Shown: positions 22,319 through 35,005 of the stretch, piece after piece
Position numbering within the stretch: the first letter of the stretch is position 1
Layout of the letters: each line of letters starts with the position of its first letter
Position numbers and translations under genes: made by a program
Notes under the pieces: generated by a model
What the model was told of the DNA's origin: nothing
Databases searched by the model: none
What the model saw: only the letters and a program-made list of their open reading frames with translations
Assembly (NCBI RefSeq): GCF_000142905.1
Contig: NW_013657639.1
Location: forward strand, 35,469-99,468
Length of the DNA: 64,000 bases
Direction: 5' to 3'
Source of the DNA: Thecamonas trahens ATCC 50062
Lineage: Eukaryota; Protista; Apusomonadida

Positions 22319-24900
22319 CTATGCCATCTGCCGGAGAAACGAGAGCACGTGAGACCAGTCCTCCGACGCCACGAGCCAGCCCGTCGCGCCCTCACGGCGG
22401 CGGAGATGGACTTTGCCGGAGAGGTACTCGTCGCCGATCTTTGTCCGCTTATCGTTAAACGTGAGTGTGGCAAGAACGTCGGAGGAGACGTACTGCGAGA
22501 CCGGAGGAGTGATGAGGTCGGCGAGCGAGGGCACGCCGCGCTCGCGGGCGACCGTAAACGGATACCCGCCGATGTACGAAGTGCCCTCGGTCTCCTTGTA
22601 CGCGCAAAAGGTGGCGAGGTCCGACGCCTCGTACGCCCGACGCCAGATGAGCCAGCACGAGAACGGATCGGCCGGAAACTCTGGCACCGTCACTGATGCC
22701 CGCAACGTCGAAACCCACTTGCCGTGGTCGAGTGCGTTAGACGCGAAAAAGTAGTACGTTCGCTCGGGTGTGACAATGTTGAACCCGAGGTCGTCGTCGC
22801 CGTCGGCGAGGTCGACCGCCATGATGTGCGAGACAGAGATCTTGCCGCGTGCCGGGTTTCCCTTTCGCGTTGCGTATGAGAGCTGCGACTCGGTGAGCGT
22901 GCACCACCTCGAGTTGAGCGACGAGCCCTCGCCCTCGCCGCGCTTACGGAGCGGGCCCTCCAGTAGCACCTCGGGGTTGGCAGCTGCAGCCGCCGCGTCG
23001 TCGCCCGAAAGCATTGCGTTGAGCGCCGCCACCCACTGGGTCATGTCCTCCTCGGTCGTGCATGCCACGTAGTACGTCCGTGCCGGGCACACAATCGCAA
23101 AGCAGTGCTCGGCAACCTCGGCCGGTGCCGCCACGTACGAGACAACAGATGCGATGCGGTCGAGGTCGATGACACCCTTGACTGCCCCATCCGGTGCCTT
23201 GGAGTACAACAGACACTTGTGTGTAAGCACAAACCACCGCCGCTGCCAGCCCTTGCCGCGCGACGAAATCGGGCCAGTTCCAGCCCGCTTGGTCAGATAG
23301 CCCTGAGTTACGATCGTGTGCGCCGGGGCCAGTGAGCCGACGCCTGGCACGCTTCGCACTTTGGCCTCAACCCGGAGTTCGGCGGTCCAAGTCAGGTCGT
23401 CAAACGCACCGCCGACAACCACTGGCTGCGTCTCGCTGCTCGCCGCCTCGTCTCCGTCCGCTCCCGACTCGTTGCCCGCCGCGCCGCGCAATGCGCTCCA
23501 GTACTCGTCGACGCTTGCAATCGCCGAGTACGAGCATGTTGACAGCCGCCCGGCCCGGCACGTCTCCGCCACTGCCAGCGGCGAGAGACGAACCTCGGGC
23601 GCAGTGTACGGAAGGCCCATGCCGGTACCCTGGTTGTGGAGCCCAACCGAGAGCGCCGAGAGCACCGCGGCGCGTTCCAGTGACATTGAGCTCGAGCGCG
23701 ACGTCCGTTTCGAGTGGACGCCTGACGGCGACATCTCGCCGCCGAGCACCGAGAGGCTCCCGGCGCCCGGTGTCGGTGCGCCAGGTACAGGCCCAGTGTG
23801 CGCCGGCGCAAACTTGATCGACACGTCTGGCTTGGGCCGCAGGTAGAGCGTCTTGCCGTCAAACAGCGATGTCGCAGCAAGGTTGTACGCCGAGTGCTCA
23901 ATCGGGACCAGGTGGTCATCAAGGAGCGTGTAGTGGATGAGCAGGCTCGAGTCGAGGCCGAGGCAGGCAAAGATAGCATGCTTGATCGAGGTCATGGGCG
24001 TGTCGAGCGCCACCGAGAGCAGCGCCGCCATCGGCTGGCACGCGTAGTTGACCACTACCCGGAGCAGCATGCGCGAGCTAGAGAGTAGCGCGTGCTGCGA
24101 CCGCGCCAGCACTGTGCTCTGAATGTCCTCGATCCACTCGTTGCGCTCCATCTCCGAGCCGGCAAAGGCCTCAAAGGTACGCGTTGGCGTCACAATCTCC
24201 AGCGCATGCGACTTGGAGCACGTGTCCGGGTTGGCCATCCCCACAGACTTGATGTTGGCGACCTGAATTGTGCCCTTGACTGGCTTGTCCGGCTTGGCCG
24301 CGTACGTCAGCTTCCAGTTGGTGAGCACAAACCATCGCTTGGCCCAGTTACTCGACCCGCCGCCCTTTTTGGTGAGGAACCCGGCCCGCAGCTGGGTCTC
24401 CGGCAGGATGTTGATCGTCGCTCCACTGGCTCGCCCGCTCTCGGTCAGCGACCGCGCTGCGCCGCGCCCGCCGCCGCTGGCCTCGCCGCCGTCGCCGCCG
24501 TCAAGCACGCCCGAGGCAGACGTCGGCGTAAAGTTGATGACCGACCGCAGCGAGTTCATCCACACCTCTTTGTACGCCTCGGACGAGCACGACATGTAGT
24601 ACCGCCGGTGCGAGGTGACGAGGCAAAAGCAGTTCTTGCGCTTCTTGATCTCGGCTGGATCGTGCTCGTCGTGGACCGCAATCATGTCGTTGGCGTCGAT
24701 GGTGCCCTTGAGCGGCTTGTTGCGGTTCGCCGCATACGTCAGCTTTTTGGTGGTGAGCACAAAAAATCGCTTCTGCCACTTGCGCCGGCTCCCGCCGCGC
24801 TTGGTCATGAAGCCCTCTTCCACAAGCTCTTCCTCCTGCGCGTCGCGAGCCCGCCGGCGCTCCTCGAGCGTCATCGGCTTGCGGTAGACCGAGCCCGACG

Positions 24901-24931
<31 letters not shown>

Positions 24932-25798
24932 CGCGCCGGCCCGGCCGCCAACCGTCCCGGCGCTTCCGCCCGACTCGTCGATGCCGCCTCCAGAGCCGCC
25001 GAAGCCGCCGCCTGAACCGCCGGCTCCTCCCTCGCCGCCGCCAGACGACTTTGACAAGTCAAGCTCGTCCGACGCCGTCATATCGCCAGACTCACGGACT
25101 GGCGTGGCTAGAAAAGCCGAGTTGCGCAGCGACGACGACAGTGTCTTGTGCTGCTTGATGACTCTTGCTGTGGCCGAGCCCGGTAAGGCGGTGGCCGACG
25201 GCGCTGCCGCCATGCCAACGTCGTCGTCCGATCCCGACAGCTGCGCCGTGTATGCCACCAGAGTTTTGAGCACATACACCGTGGTGAGCACGGCCTTGAG
25301 ATTGTTCTCCTCCAGATCGTCGAGGGTAAAGGCCTCGGCCTCGGCCACACCGATGAGCGTCACACCCTCTGCAAACCGCGCCATATTCCGCAACAGCTCT
25401 GGCGAACGAACCAGTCGCGAGCTCGAGCTCCCATCCACCGCGCCACTGGATGACAATGACGTTGCACCAGTAGAGGCCTCTGTCCGAGGCATGGCCGTCG
25501 CTGCTCCACTTGCTGTTGCCATGGCAGCGGGCAGCGAGGAAGAGTTGTCATCATCGTCCGACTCGTCCGAGTCCGAGTCTGAGCAGCATACGGACGGATC
25601 CAAGGCATTGAGGAGAGTACATGCCCAGAGACCATGCGAATGGAGAAAGAGTGAGACCAGAGGTGCCCTGTCTGCCCAGAGCTCCATAAGCTCGTCAGCG
25701 GTGGGAATGGGGTACTTTGAGAGGACACTCCGGACCCAGGTCTCGAGGACAGACGGACTCGCCCCCTCGGGGAGCACCCCGTTGGTCAGTGACGACAT
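22319..25798 (-). CDS. Multi-PH domain protein: N-terminal CH, four PH domains, ubiquitin-like insert, NTF2-like C-terminus
   Basis: Four PH repeats (EGFMTKRGG..WQKRFFVL; AGFLTKKGG..WAKRWFVL; QGYLTKR..WQRRWFVL; EGPLRKRG..SRWCTL). CH-like NMARFAEG..FTLDDLEENNLKAVLTTV. Confidence 0.85.
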
Positions 25799-25976
25799 GT
25801 CGTCAGGGAGAGGAGGAGGGGAGGGGGAGGAGGGGGGGGGAGGGGGGGAGGAGGGGGGGTCTCGTTAGAGAGGTGGTCCTGTTGACGGTGGGGGGGAGGG
25901 AGGGGGGGACGGTGGTGGTCGCCGCTATTCGTTGGAGTGGCGGTGCAGTTGGTTGGTTGGCCGGGGCTTTTCGCTT

Positions 25977-26168
25977 GGCCTGATGGCCTGATGGCCTGAT
26001 GGCCTGATGGCTTGATGGCTTGATGGCTTGATGGCTTGATGGCTTGATGACCTTTACCCTGATGGTTCTTGCCCTGACGGCCTTTGCCCTGATGGTTCTT
26101 GCCCTGACGGCCTTTGCCCTGACGGCCTTTGCCCTGACGGCATTTGCCCTGATGGCCTTTGGCCTGAC
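25977..26168. repeat. Graded tandem repeat: (GGCCTGAT)n to (GGCTTGAT)n to 15-bp (GCCCTGACGGCCTTT)n
   Basis: Read directly; upstream of the multi-PH gene. Confidence 0.9.
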
Positions 26169-26402
26169 CTGACGGCTTGGTCTGAACACGGTTTACGACT
26201 GGGCATGGGATGGGGATGCTGGAAGAGGGATCAGGGTGCAGAGATGGGGATCAGGTACTACGATGCGAGTCCATGTTTCCCCGGAGGCCTTGGACAGGTC
26301 ACGTACGTGTGCAATGATCGATCGGTGGGTCCACCTGGGACATCGCCCACAGGCAATGCCCCATCGTCCTGCCGTTCGGGCCATTGCAGTTCAGCTTGGC
26401 TC

Positions 26403-26681
26403 TCACTCGCGGCCGGCATCAGCAGCAGCGCGAGCCTCGATCTCGGCCTCCTTGGCGGCGCGAGCCGAGCCCAGCAGTGAGTCGAGCAAGACTCTGTTTG
26501 TCTCATGGCGAGCACGGATGCCCGCCACATCGACGTCCCTTCCGCCGCTCTGCATCTCCTTTAGCACCTCGTTGGTCGTCGGCGACGTGGCCGACATGAT
26601 GACCCACCCGGCGCCAGTCATGAAGCCCACCGCAGCCACAAGACTCGCGGCAATCCGTCCTGTACTCGGCGCCCCACTCAT
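26403..26681 (-). CDS. Small single-pass membrane protein, CBP4/UQCC3-like complex III assembly factor
   Basis: GFMTGAGWVIMSATSPTTNEVLKEM resembles the Cbp4 TM helix followed by TP-T-x-x-L; followed by a helical soluble tail; 92 aa. Confidence 0.5.
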   Translation of the reverse strand: MSGAPSTGRIAASLVAAVGFMTGAGWVIMSATSPTTNEVLKEMQSGGRDVDVAGIRARHETNRVLLDSLLGSARAAKEAEIEARAAADAGRE

Positions 26682-27127
26682 ACCTCGAGCTGTACCACCA
26701 ACAGAGTCAAGTAGCGCACAACCCTCCTCACCGTCTCCACTCCACCTGGTTCAATCCCTGCTTGACATCCTCCTCCTCGCACCCATCACCTCCCACTCCT
26801 CAGCCGGATCGACTCAATGCCACACGCCGCGTCATTCCCTCCCCGCCCGCCACCACGGCCACTACCTACAAGACAAGCACACCATCACACACAAGGAAAC
26901 ACATCATCACACACCAAAACACACCACCACCATCCCCGATCTGTCCCCATTTGCCCCATTCTGCCCCGATCACGTCCCTCATCACCCCCCCCCCCCCCTC
27001 CCGGCAATTCCTACCATTTCCGTCGTCTCGGTTCCCCCCCGCCAACGAACATCGACCACGACATTGACACCACCTCACACCCAAACGCACCCCCCCCCTC
27101 CCCCCCCCCACCACACACACGCTCAAT

Positions 27128-30100
27128 ATGCCATCCTTCCTTCTTGTTGCTGGTATCATGGCCATGATGTTCCTTCTCACCTCGGCACAGATTTCTCCGT
27201 CTCAATACCTATTCAAGGCCGCGGGTGAGGACACCTTCTCCACCTTTGCAGACTACGCCTCGTCGCCGCTCCTCTCGCCACATCGCATTCGTGCCACAGA
27301 TCCCACAGACTCGCCGCCGTCTGGCCCATATACCTCCACCATTTACCTCTCCTGCTCTCGAGTTATCTACGACTACTTTCATGTCGAAGTCCCCTTTGCT
27401 GCAGAGGGCCTCACCATCTCCATCAATCAGGAGCCCGAGTTTGCCTCCAACCCCAATATCACGCATCTGCCCTGGCGCGCCCTCTTCAGATGGGACGAGC
27501 CGGCAACATACTACGCCAACGACTTTGAGATGACAAACTCGTCTAGCTCTTGGGCTTCCGAGTCGCTCACCATCCCGGCTCCGCGTGGCGGCGTCCTCTT
27601 TGGCTTTATCACCCTCGACACAAACCCGGATCCGGCCGCAGATGACGCCTGCTCCTCTGCCTTTGTTCCCGATCTCTACACCCACCATCCGCCATCTGAC
27701 TCTTGGGCCGCAGGCCGTGTCCGCTTTGACATCGACGTCGAGATCGTCTCCTGCCACTTTGCCTCTGACCTCAACCGCTACACCCTCGACTATACCCAGC
27801 CGGCGTTCTCCGCGCGCGGCATGGGGTCGTCTGGCACTGCAACGGCGTGCGGCAACGGCTTTGTCAAGCTTGAAGATGGCAATACTCCGGTACCCAAGTC
27901 TGCAGTCTACGCCGGTGGCTCGCCCTCCTCTAGTTTTCTCGGGACCAGTTTAACCTGTGCCTACTTTGACCTCAACGGGCCGCACGCAGCAGTCGAGATT
28001 GGCGTCTCCACCTTTGGTGGCACCATGCACTCGAACGTCTTTGTCCGCTATAACGCACTCGCCGTCCCCACCTCTGTCTACGGTGCCTTCCCGGGTGGCG
28101 GCTCACACACGTCTGGCCTGCCTTTCGATGGCTACTTTTCCGCCCTCGACCCCGGTACCGACAAGCTCGTTGTCGAGAACCCGCCCGCTGGCTTTTACAC
28201 TGTCTGCATTGATCGCTCGTCACCTTTCACCTTCAACATTGATCTCACCCGCCACCCCATCACGAGCTCGTCGCCCGGCTCGGTCGGCGACGCCCCCATC
28301 TATGTTGGCTACCCCTACGATGACGGTAGCTACGAGACCAAGTATGTCATTCCCGATTTTGCCAACGGCATCCACTTTGGCGCCACACACACCCTAGACG
28401 GTGTTGAGCTTCGCGATGGGTCAGATGCCATGGACATCGCCGTCTTTGCTCTCCGTTTCCCAGGCCTCACCTCCTCGTTCACCCTCACCCTGAACGCCAC
28501 GCTCCCGGTCAACGTTTACTTTCGCAAGTTGGCCCCGCCAGCTTTTGACAGCTCGTACAACCCACATGCTCTCGCCGCGCCTCTCGCCCTCGGCGTCACA
28601 GACACCTTTTTCACAACCGACAACGTCGAACGTGGTACCTACTACGTCGCTGTCGTCCCTGTCTCCCAACCGGCGCTTACCTCTTGGTCCGTCGACGTTC
28701 GCGCCACCCGCGAGTGGCACTGCCACCAGAACTGCAAGGACCACGGGTACTGCTACATCGACGGCAGCGGCGGCGAGTGCGCGTGCTGGGAAGAGCGTTC
28801 GACAGACGGTTCGGTGACCATTGGCGCCTACAGTGGCGACTACTGCGAGCAACCTCGTTGCGACCACGGCTCGTGCTCAGAGTGCATTGCAGACCCGGCC
28901 TGCTCGTGGTGCCTCTCCACCGGCGTCTGCTTGTCGGGCGCCGGCATGTCGCTCACCGGCAACGCCGTCCACGCTCTCAATTGCCCGGCCACGCCGCACT
29001 TTCCCGGCACGGCCAAGTCGCGGCTTGTCTACGCGCCGGCAACGCTATGGGGCAACGAGGTGAACGAGTATGGCTCGTGCCCAGAGCTCGCACCATTCGG
29101 CACCTACACCCAGCCCAACGGGACCGCACACCTGCTGTCCCCCGTCCGCCGCCGCCGCCACCGCCGTTCTTCCCACATTCGACCGAGACGCCGCTCGGCA
29201 GCTACTTTGCCGCTTCCGTGTCAACTGCTCAGTGTGGCTCGCGTGTCTACCACTACGCACCGCCGTCGCAGAAAGCTGCATCCATCATTGTCGCTGATGG
29301 CATCTCCCCCGCCACCGTCATCTGCGAGTTCTGGTCGTTCGACACCACCACCCAAGAGTGGGAGGACCTCACCGCCTATATGGGCGACGGCGTCGCCACC
29401 GGCCCAGGCTGCCGTGCTGCCGCTAGCCTCGTCTGTTTTGCCGACGACAACGAGCTTGTCCTCTTTGGAGGCGCGCTTCCCGCGGATGGCTCCATTCCTG
29501 GCGAGCGCATCCGTCACAGCTCGGACGTATGGACCTTTGACCTCGCCTCAGCCACTTGGTCGCTCACCTTTCCCAACTGCTACGACCCACACAACACACT
29601 GGCGGCGTGGTCGACGACGCCTCATCCGTCGCCGGTTGTCCCAGCCGCATGTTCAACTCCCGGCCTGGAGCTACCTGGCACTGCACACGCGGCTATCCCG
29701 GGCGCTTGGCTTGCTGCCGTTGACGCCGTCCTTGCTTCCGACTCGGTCTTTGCCGCAAGAGGCATCCTCGTCTCGTCGACGTTCTCGCACTCGCTCCTCA
29801 TCGACGGTGTCGCCTCGGTCTCTGCCTTTGACAAGGGCTCGTACTTTTTCAACCTCTCGGCCTCTCCGCCGTCCTGGTCCCGCCTGCAGTCCGCCGACGG
29901 CAGCTTCTGCGATGTTGGATACTCCGCTGCATGGGCTTACTCGGCCCCGACCGCTCGCCAGGTCTTTGCCGCAGGCATCATCGTCTCGGCAGCGGGCTCC
30001 GAGGAAGGCATATATGGGTCCACCCGCTCCGCACCTTGCCAGCACTCCTTCTTTCGCGCTGATGACGGTAGCCTCCAGTTCCGGGCCGAGCGCTACGATG

Positions 30101-33100
30101 CTTGGCCGTCTCCGCAGCGTTTCATATGGTCTGCCATGCTCGCCCTCGACGACGGATCTCTGCTCTTTGTCCCGGGCACCCCACTCGGCACCTCCTTTCC
30201 GGAGCCGTTTGCTCCGGGCTCGGGCCGCCCCTCACCGACGCCTGCCCCTAGCTCATTCTCTGCGACTGCGCACGGCAACGACTTGATTCTCCTGCCAGGC
30301 TCACGCGGCCAGGTCGTCCTTCCGGCACGGCCGGTCAATCTGCAAGCTCGCATCTCCCCGATCCTTGTCCACGCACCTGGCGGCAGTGTGTACGAACTCG
30401 GCGGCACGATCCACGCGCCCAGCGAGGGTGAGTATGTTCTCGACAGCGCCACCTTTGACCAGCTCGTGTACGACCGCTCCAATCGCTGGTCGGTCGTCTC
30501 GCCCGACCTGTCGCCTGGGAATCCCGGCCCGCGCTCCCACGCCATCCTTGCCCACCTGCCGTCCTCGAACGAGCTGCTGGTTGTCGGCGGCTTGCCGACC
30601 CACGCCCGCATTCTCGACGAACACACCTTTGTCGGTGTCCCGAGTGCGACCATGGCTCCGCTCGCTATTCCGCGCTTGTTCGACCTCAACACACGCTTCT
30701 GGCGGTCGCTGCCAGCCTCGCCGCTGCCGGCCTCGCTGCCGTCGCTGCCGGTCGCCGCGGCATCGTGCGTGACCAAGACCCATCTGTACGTCTACGGCGG
30801 CCTAGCCGTGACCGAGACCTCTGAGCACGTTTCTGACACCCTGCTCCGGCTTGATCTCGCCACGGGCACCTGGTCTGACCTCACCACCTCGGGCACCCGC
30901 CCACCACCGCTCACACTCGCCACCGCCGTCTGCACCGACAACGGCAAACTTTTCCTCGTCGGTGGCGTCGAGTCGCGCCTCGCAATCCATGGCACCAACA
31001 GCGACATTAACTCGCTGCCGAAGCAGTTCTTTGTCTTGGACATTGCCTCGCGAGTCTGGTCGAGCCCGGCGGGCCCGGCCCACCTCTTCCCGATCCAGCC
31101 CGCCGCCCGGCTGTGGACCGCCATCGAGGCCTCCCGCATCGGCCTTAGCAACGGTGCGCCTCGCCTCGCCCTCGCCACCGCCACCACCTCGCCGTATGAT
31201 GGTACCATGCTCATCCTCACATACGACATTTTCCGTGAGGTGTGGGATACCCGCGAGCTTGTCACGGGGCTGCCGCCGTGCCAGCTGTGTGTCCTCTCGC
31301 CGGTCCGGCCCGACGCCACCTTTTCATCTCGCCCGGCCAGGTCTTTGCCAGCATCCGCTCGGCGGTGACCCAGATTCGGTTGACGGGAGGTGGGTTCTCG
31401 GTCACAAATCTCGCCGGCGGTGCTACCGGCAGCGCCAAGGGTGCCAGGTTTGTCTGGCTCGCCCCCGACGTGTCCGGGAGCGGACCGCAAGGGGCGCTCT
31501 ACCGCTACGGCGGCATGCGCGACCCCTCTCCGGGCACGTCGAGTAGGGCAGCGACTCCCGGCTACGCCACCGGCGAGCTGGTCAAGTACGAGCCGCATGC
31601 AACAGCTGTACTCGCCGCCAACGTGGCCACCACAGGCGTCTTTAACGTGGCCAATTCTCTCGAGTTCCGCGCCAGCTTGCCGGGATGGGAGCTTCACGAT
31701 GTGATGTGTGGCTTTGACGGTGTCTACGGTCCGCCCGCGAGCAAGATCGGCAGCGAGACGCTCACTTGCACCCTGCCAACCGGCCCGGCCTCGTCGACCG
31801 TCTCGGTCTCGTTGGCGGTCGGCGCCGCGCGGCAGTCTGTCCTCACCGACGTCAGCTACACCTTCACCGACTGTCTGCCTGGCAGCTACAAGCTCCTTGG
31901 CATGTGTGCCACTTGTGAACTCGGCCACTTCTCGGACACGTTTGGCGCTCTCGAGTGCGTGCCGTGCATCTCGGACACGTACACCTCGGCGCCCGGTGCC
32001 ACCTCGTGCGAGACCTGTCCGCCGGGCCAGGTCCTTGACTCGGCAAACTTTGATCGCAAGTGCGTTCTCTGTCCGCGCGGCAAGTTCCGCGCCGACAACG
32101 GAACGGTCAACGCCAAGATTTGCACCGAGTGCGCGGTGGACGAGTACGCGGACACCGAGGGCTCAACAGCATGCACCAAATGTCCTGCCGGCTCAATCGT
32201 CGGTACTCCTGGCGGAAATTCGCTCGCCAAGTGCACGTGTGACAACGGATACTGGGGCAACGCCACCGCCGCGCCCTGCACTGCGTGTCCTCCGGTTGGC
32301 GCTGTCTGCAAGTTTCTGGAGAACGAGCTCCCGGTCCCAACGGCCGGCTACTGGCGCGACCCACAGGATCCGACAAGAGTCCTCGCCTGTTCGCCAAGCG
32401 AGGCGTGTCCAGGGGGGCGACGAGCCCATGCGCTGCCGGATACACCGGCGACGCCTGCTCCGAATGCGCTCCGCAGTACTACCCGCTGTCCGGCCGGTGC
32501 GAGCCGTGCCCGGACAACGCGATCATCCCGGTCATTGTTGCCTTTCTTCTCCTCTTCGTCGTCATTGTTGTCATGTACAAGTTTGCCGGCCGCTCCAAGT
32601 CGGGTTCGCGGTCGGGCTCGTCGGGCGCTGCCTCGATCGCTCTCAATTTCATCCAGACCACCGCGCTCTTTGCGGCGTACAAGATGAACTGGCCCGACGA
32701 AATGCTCACCATCCTCAAATGGTTCTCCATCATGAACCTCAACATGGACATGGCCTCGCCCGAGTGCGCGCTTCCGATCTCGTACAAGATCAAGTGGTTC
32801 TCCACCATGCTCATTCCGATAGCCATTGCCCTGGTCTTTGGTTCGTACGTCGTCGTCCGCACCGCTCTGTCGTGGATCGTGGCCCAGGCAGTCGACCCCG
32901 CCCGCCTCACGGCAGCCGAGTCCGAGTCCGAGTCCGAAACCGAAGAGCAGGAGGACGACGGCGGGTCGGGGTCAACTGACGGCATCCAGGTTGCGCTCGT
33001 CGCCGAGCTTGGTGCAGACGAAGAGTCGGCCCGGCGGCCGGTCTGCGCGAGCTGCCTCGGCTGGCTGTACGTGTCCAAGGCGCAGCGCGGAGCGATGTAC

Positions 33101-34747
33101 AATCAGGCCATCCATGCCTACGTCATGTTTGTCCTCGTTGCCTACGTCTTTGTTGCCCACAAGGCGCTAGAAGTCTTTGCCTGCACCAAACAGACCGACG
33201 GCACGTACTTTCTCAACGCGCACCCGTCGATGAAATGCTACGTCGGCGAGTGGTGGGACTTGCTGCCGTGGACTATTCTGGCGGCGCTCTTGTACTGCGC
33301 AGGCATTCCGCTCGTCTTTGCGGCCGTCCTCGTCAAGAGCTTCAAGCCCGCGTTCTCGTCGGCCAACGAGCGGCTTTACGAGCTTCATGTGGCGCGGTTC
33401 GGCATTCTCACCTCGCGTTACTTGCTGCGGGCTTACATGTGGGAGCTGGTCGTCATGGGCCGCAAAATGGCGATTGTGGCTGGCACGCTCTTCTTCCAGG
33501 AGATGACTGTCCTGCAGAACCTTGTTGCACTCTTTGTTATGTTTGCTGCCGTCCTGGCGCAGTCGTTTGCGCGGCCGTACCGGAGCCCTGACGACAACAA
33601 GCTCGAGTTTATTCTCCTTTGCACCAGCTACTTTGTGCTCTTTCTGGGCATCATGTTCGCGTCGGATCTTGAGTCCACGTCATCAACCGTCCTCACCGTG
33701 GTCGGCGTCGCCGTCCTCGTTCTTTCGGTCCTCGCCATTGTGCTGTACCTCTTGCTCCTCGCCCGCCGCTTTTACTACATGCGCCGCTACGCCAAGGCTG
33801 CTGCCAAGCATCCGCGGCTGGTCAAGCGCGCCGAGTTTGTTCTCACCGAGCCAGCCTACTTTGAGCTCATGGACTTTGTCGACAACGTGGACGAGCCCGA
33901 GCGCGAAGCCATCACCACTGTTCTCGAAGACCTCCACGAGCGGACTGTCGACCACCGCCGCGAAGAGGAGGTGCCAATCTTTGTCCAAGAGGTCCAGACC
34001 ACCTTTGCTATTTACCGGCAGACCGCCACGCCGCACGAGCTCCAGGTCCTCGATCGGATGATCGCCCGCATCACCCGCGCCGCCAAGCTCAACCGCGAGC
34101 AGTCGCTCAAGTCGCGGGTCCTCCACCGCGCCACCACCCGTCGGCTCGATCTCCCGCCGCCGACCTCGAGCGACGTCGAGGCCGCAGGTGTCGAGCTCGC
34201 CACCGTCGCCAAGTTCGAGGCCAGCTCGTCAAGCCTCGGTTCGGCGTCGGTGGTCTCAGCCGAGTCCGCAGACGCGCAAGCCAACGCGCCGCCAGGTCCG
34301 CGCCTCGCCTCGCCGCCGCTCTTGCCGGATCTTGGCGTCCAGCCGCCGACGCCGGAGCAGGCCACCCGCGCCAGAGGTCCGCCGACCTCGCAGTCTGCAA
34401 AGACGCTGCAAGAGTCAACCAGCTCTCGGCGTAGGCTCAAGTCGTCGGGCGAGTCGAGCTTGGCCGCCATCGTCAACATCTCCAACACCGACGACGTTGC
34501 CTACAAGCACCAGAATCGGACCAGACTCAACTTGTCGCAGCAGAGCCTCGGCTCGGTCGCCTCGGTCGGGTCGGACATCTCGCTCGGCTCGGTCGGCGAT
34601 GGAAGCTCGAACAAGTCAGACCACCAGAACCAGCGCTCCAGCAACGGCTCAGTTGCGAGAGCCGGCTCGTTTACCAGCAAGTCCGGACCCCGTCGGAAGC
34701 GAAGCTCTCCACGGATGGGCGACGCCGCCCCGCATCCCCCACAGTAG
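27128..34747 (+). CDS. Giant (~2,540 aa) cell-surface receptor-like protein: signal peptide, PPC-like repeats, EGF, PSI, Kelch propeller, IPT/TIG, Cys-rich repeats, multi-pass TM region; three apparent -1 frameshifts (~29125, ~31322, ~32415)
   Basis: Four consecutive ORFs (27128, 28684, 31242, 32285) each shift -1. EGF CHQNCKDHGYC..CAC..YSGDYCE; PSI SCSECIADPACSWC; Kelch LVLFGG, LYVYGG, LFLVGG; CxxC repeats; TM region with YMWELVVMGRK and RPYRSPDDNKLE. Confidence 0.8.
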
Positions 34748-35005
34748 CGTAGCCAACCGCAGCCCCACGATGAAACAAGCCGTATGCTCGTGTTCCGCCG
34801 GCCGCATCGACTCCTCCCATCGATCACGCCGGTTCTCGGGGAAGCGCGCGCGGCGTGCGATGGCAGCCAGCCGAGTCAGCATGGCTGGGACCAGCCCAGC
34901 ACAGGCGTCAGCCCTGTCCGGACCACACCTCCCCACCCACGTCCACACTCACACTCATACTTGACTCCACACACGCATACACACACCACCACAGACACGC
35001 CAGGC

